This document shows positions 34,292 through 35,583 of a stretch of DNA of 35,583 bases, piece after piece. Position 1 is the first letter of the stretch. Every line of letters starts with the position of its first letter. The DNA lies in NCBI GenBank assembly GCA_900766325.1, contig CAAFVA010000063.1, positions 1-35,583 on the forward strand, written 5' to 3'. A program made the position numbers and the translations under genes. Under the pieces are notes generated by a model, which saw nothing but the letters and a program-made list of their open reading frames with translations, made no database searches and was not told the DNA's origin. Source of the stretch: Bacilli bacterium. Its GTDB lineage: Bacteria; Bacillota_I; Bacilli_A; RF39; UBA660.

Positions 34292-35431
34292 ATGAACAAA
34301 AAAGATTATTATGAGGTGCTTGGTGTATCTAAGGACGCTAGCGATGCCGAGATTAAAAGCGCTTTTAGAAAATTAGCCAAAAAATACCATCCAGACGTGT
34401 CTAAAGAGCCAAATGCTGCTGAAAAGTTTAAAGAGGCGCAGGAAGCATACGCCGTACTATCTGATAAAGATAAAAGAAGTAAATATGATCAGTTCGGTCA
34501 TGCGGCATTTGATCAAAACGGTGGCTTCGGTGGCGCCGGTGGTGGCTTTTCTGGATTTGAAGACTTTGATCCTTCAGACATATTAAGAGATATATTTGGT
34601 TCTGGGTTTGGTTTTGGTAGTTCTTCGTTTTTTGGTGGTTCATCAAGAGCTAAAAGCAAAAGAGCAACGAAAGGACCTAATCTTAACGTAGTTTTTGAAA
34701 TGAGCTTTGAAGAGGCTGCTTTTGGCACCGAAACTACTATTTCGTTAAACATCGATGATAAATGTGATGAGTGCGATGGACATGGTGGAACTGGCGTCAA
34801 AACTTGTTCTAACTGTGGTGGTAGCGGATATGTAAAAGAGCAACAAAGAAGTATTTTAGGTGCGTTTATAACCCAAAGAACATGTCCTGTTTGTGATGGC
34901 ACTGGAGAGACTTTTACCAATAAGTGTAGTAGTTGTCATGGTACTGGTAAGAAAAAAGTAAAGAAAAACATAGTTGTAAAGGTTCCGGCCGGCGTTGATA
35001 CTGGAGATCATTTAAGAGTTGCAGGAAAAGGACCTGCTGGTGAAAATGGTGGACCAAACGGTGATGTTTATATTGAGATAAAAGTAAAGGATCATCCTTT
35101 ATTTAAAAGGGAGGATAATAACTTATTTGTTACTGTTCCACTTACCATTGCTGAGGCTGCTTTAGGTTGTAAAAAAGAAGTTCCAACGCTTGATGGTAAC
35201 GTGGTAATAAACATTGCACCAGGAAGTAGCTCTGGTGAAAAGCAAAGAATTAAAGGTAAGGGCTTAAAGAGTCCGTCTAGAAGAGGTACCGGAGATTTAT
35301 ACGTAATTTTAAAGGTTATAACTCCTACTAAGTTAGATAGAAAACAAAAGAAATTGTTAGAAGATTTAAATAAAACAAACTTAAAGACAAACGAGTTTGA
35401 CTTGTATGAAAAATACGTTAATAAAGGATAA
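34292..35431 (+). CDS. dnaJ: Molecular chaperone DnaJ
   Basis: J domain (DYYEVLGV...KYHPD), a G/F-rich region and four CxxCxGxG zinc-finger repeats ([32 protein letters not shown]). Confidence 0.97.
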   Translation: MNKKDYYEVLGVSKDASDAEIKSAFRKLAKKYHPDVSKEPNAAEKFKEAQEAYAVLSDKDKRSKYDQFGHAAFDQNGGFGGAGGGFSGFEDFDPSDILRDIFGSGFGFGSSSFFGGSSRAKSKRATKGPNLNVVFEMSFEEAAFGTETTISLNIDDKCDECDGHGGTGVKTCSNCGGSGYVKEQQRSILGAFITQRTCPVCDGTGETFTNKCSSCHGTGKKKVKKNIVVKVPAGVDTGDHLRVAGKGPAGENGGPNGDVYIEIKVKDHPLFKREDNNLFVTVPLTIAEAALGCKKEVPTLDGNVVINIAPGSSSGEKQRIKGKGLKSPSRRGTGDLYVILKVITPTKLDRKQKKLLEDLNKTNLKTNEFDLYEKYVNKG

Positions 35432-35455
35432 TGGATAACATTATCTTTTTCTTTA
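35425..35455 (+). terminator. Putative terminator after dnaJ
   Basis: AGGATAA-(9-nt loop)-TTATCTT (one G-U pair) followed by TTTCTTT. This is a weak, AT-rich stem. Confidence 0.4.
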
Positions 35456-35538
35456 CAATAAATTTACGAAAGAAATAAAAAAATATTTTAGTAGATAGTT
35501 TTTTAGGGTATACTATAAAGTAGAAGGAGCAGTAAAAG

Positions 35539-35583
35539 ATGAACAAGAAAAAAGGAATTATAATAGGAGTGCTAGCCGTAGCA
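35539..35583 (+). CDS. 5' end of a third TasA/camelysin-like paralog (runs off the window)
   Basis: GAAGGAG RBS, then MNKKKGIIIGVLAVA. Codons 1-7 match the 13770 gene. The segment ATAATAGGAGTGCTAGCCGTAGC is identical to 218-240 of the 196 gene. Confidence 0.6.
   Translation, partial: MNKKKGIIIGVLAVA

Overview
AT-rich window (roughly 30% GC by eye) from an endospore-forming Firmicute (Bacillota). It uses the standard genetic code: TGG encodes Trp, and TGA is the spoIIP stop. Nearly all genes lie on the + strand. The backbone is housekeeping: lspA-rluD-rhomboid-GT2, yceD-rpmF, a secreted ComEC-type MBL hydrolase with DUF3006, S51 peptidase, yigZ, murE, uvrC, mutL-miaA and rpsT. The second half follows the Bacillus-like order gpr-spoIIP-yqxA-(T-box trpS)-lepA-hemW-hrcA-grpE-dnaK-(pepF)-dnaJ. 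Many intergenic regions carry recognisable sigmaA-type promoters, often the extended -10 form TGnTATAAT, and hairpin plus T-run terminators. No rRNA, tRNA, CRISPR array or IS element was seen. Non-core content is the most interesting part. (1) An orphan cytoplasmic protein made of about 12 tandem 34-aa helical repeats has its own promoter and terminator. With an acidic tail-anchored protein, it sits between hemW and hrcA, which are adjacent in Bacillus subtilis. (2) Ribosomal protein L32 carries a 9-aa N-terminal extension, MLKLDIQLF|A. It closely resembles the Prp-cleaved propeptide known for L27. (3) A dispersed family of at least three monocistronic TasA/camelysin-like genes has SipW-type signal peptides. 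One has a G8 tract in its promoter spacer (candidate phase variation), and one has a Cys-rich, dockerin/EF-hand-like C-terminal add-on. (4) Smaller items are a solo Rpn-type PD-(D/E)XK nuclease, a MurE lacking the DNPR motif, a Trp-containing uORF after the trpS T-box terminator, and pepF between dnaK and dnaJ. All functional calls rest on motif recognition and synteny read by eye. No database search was possible.
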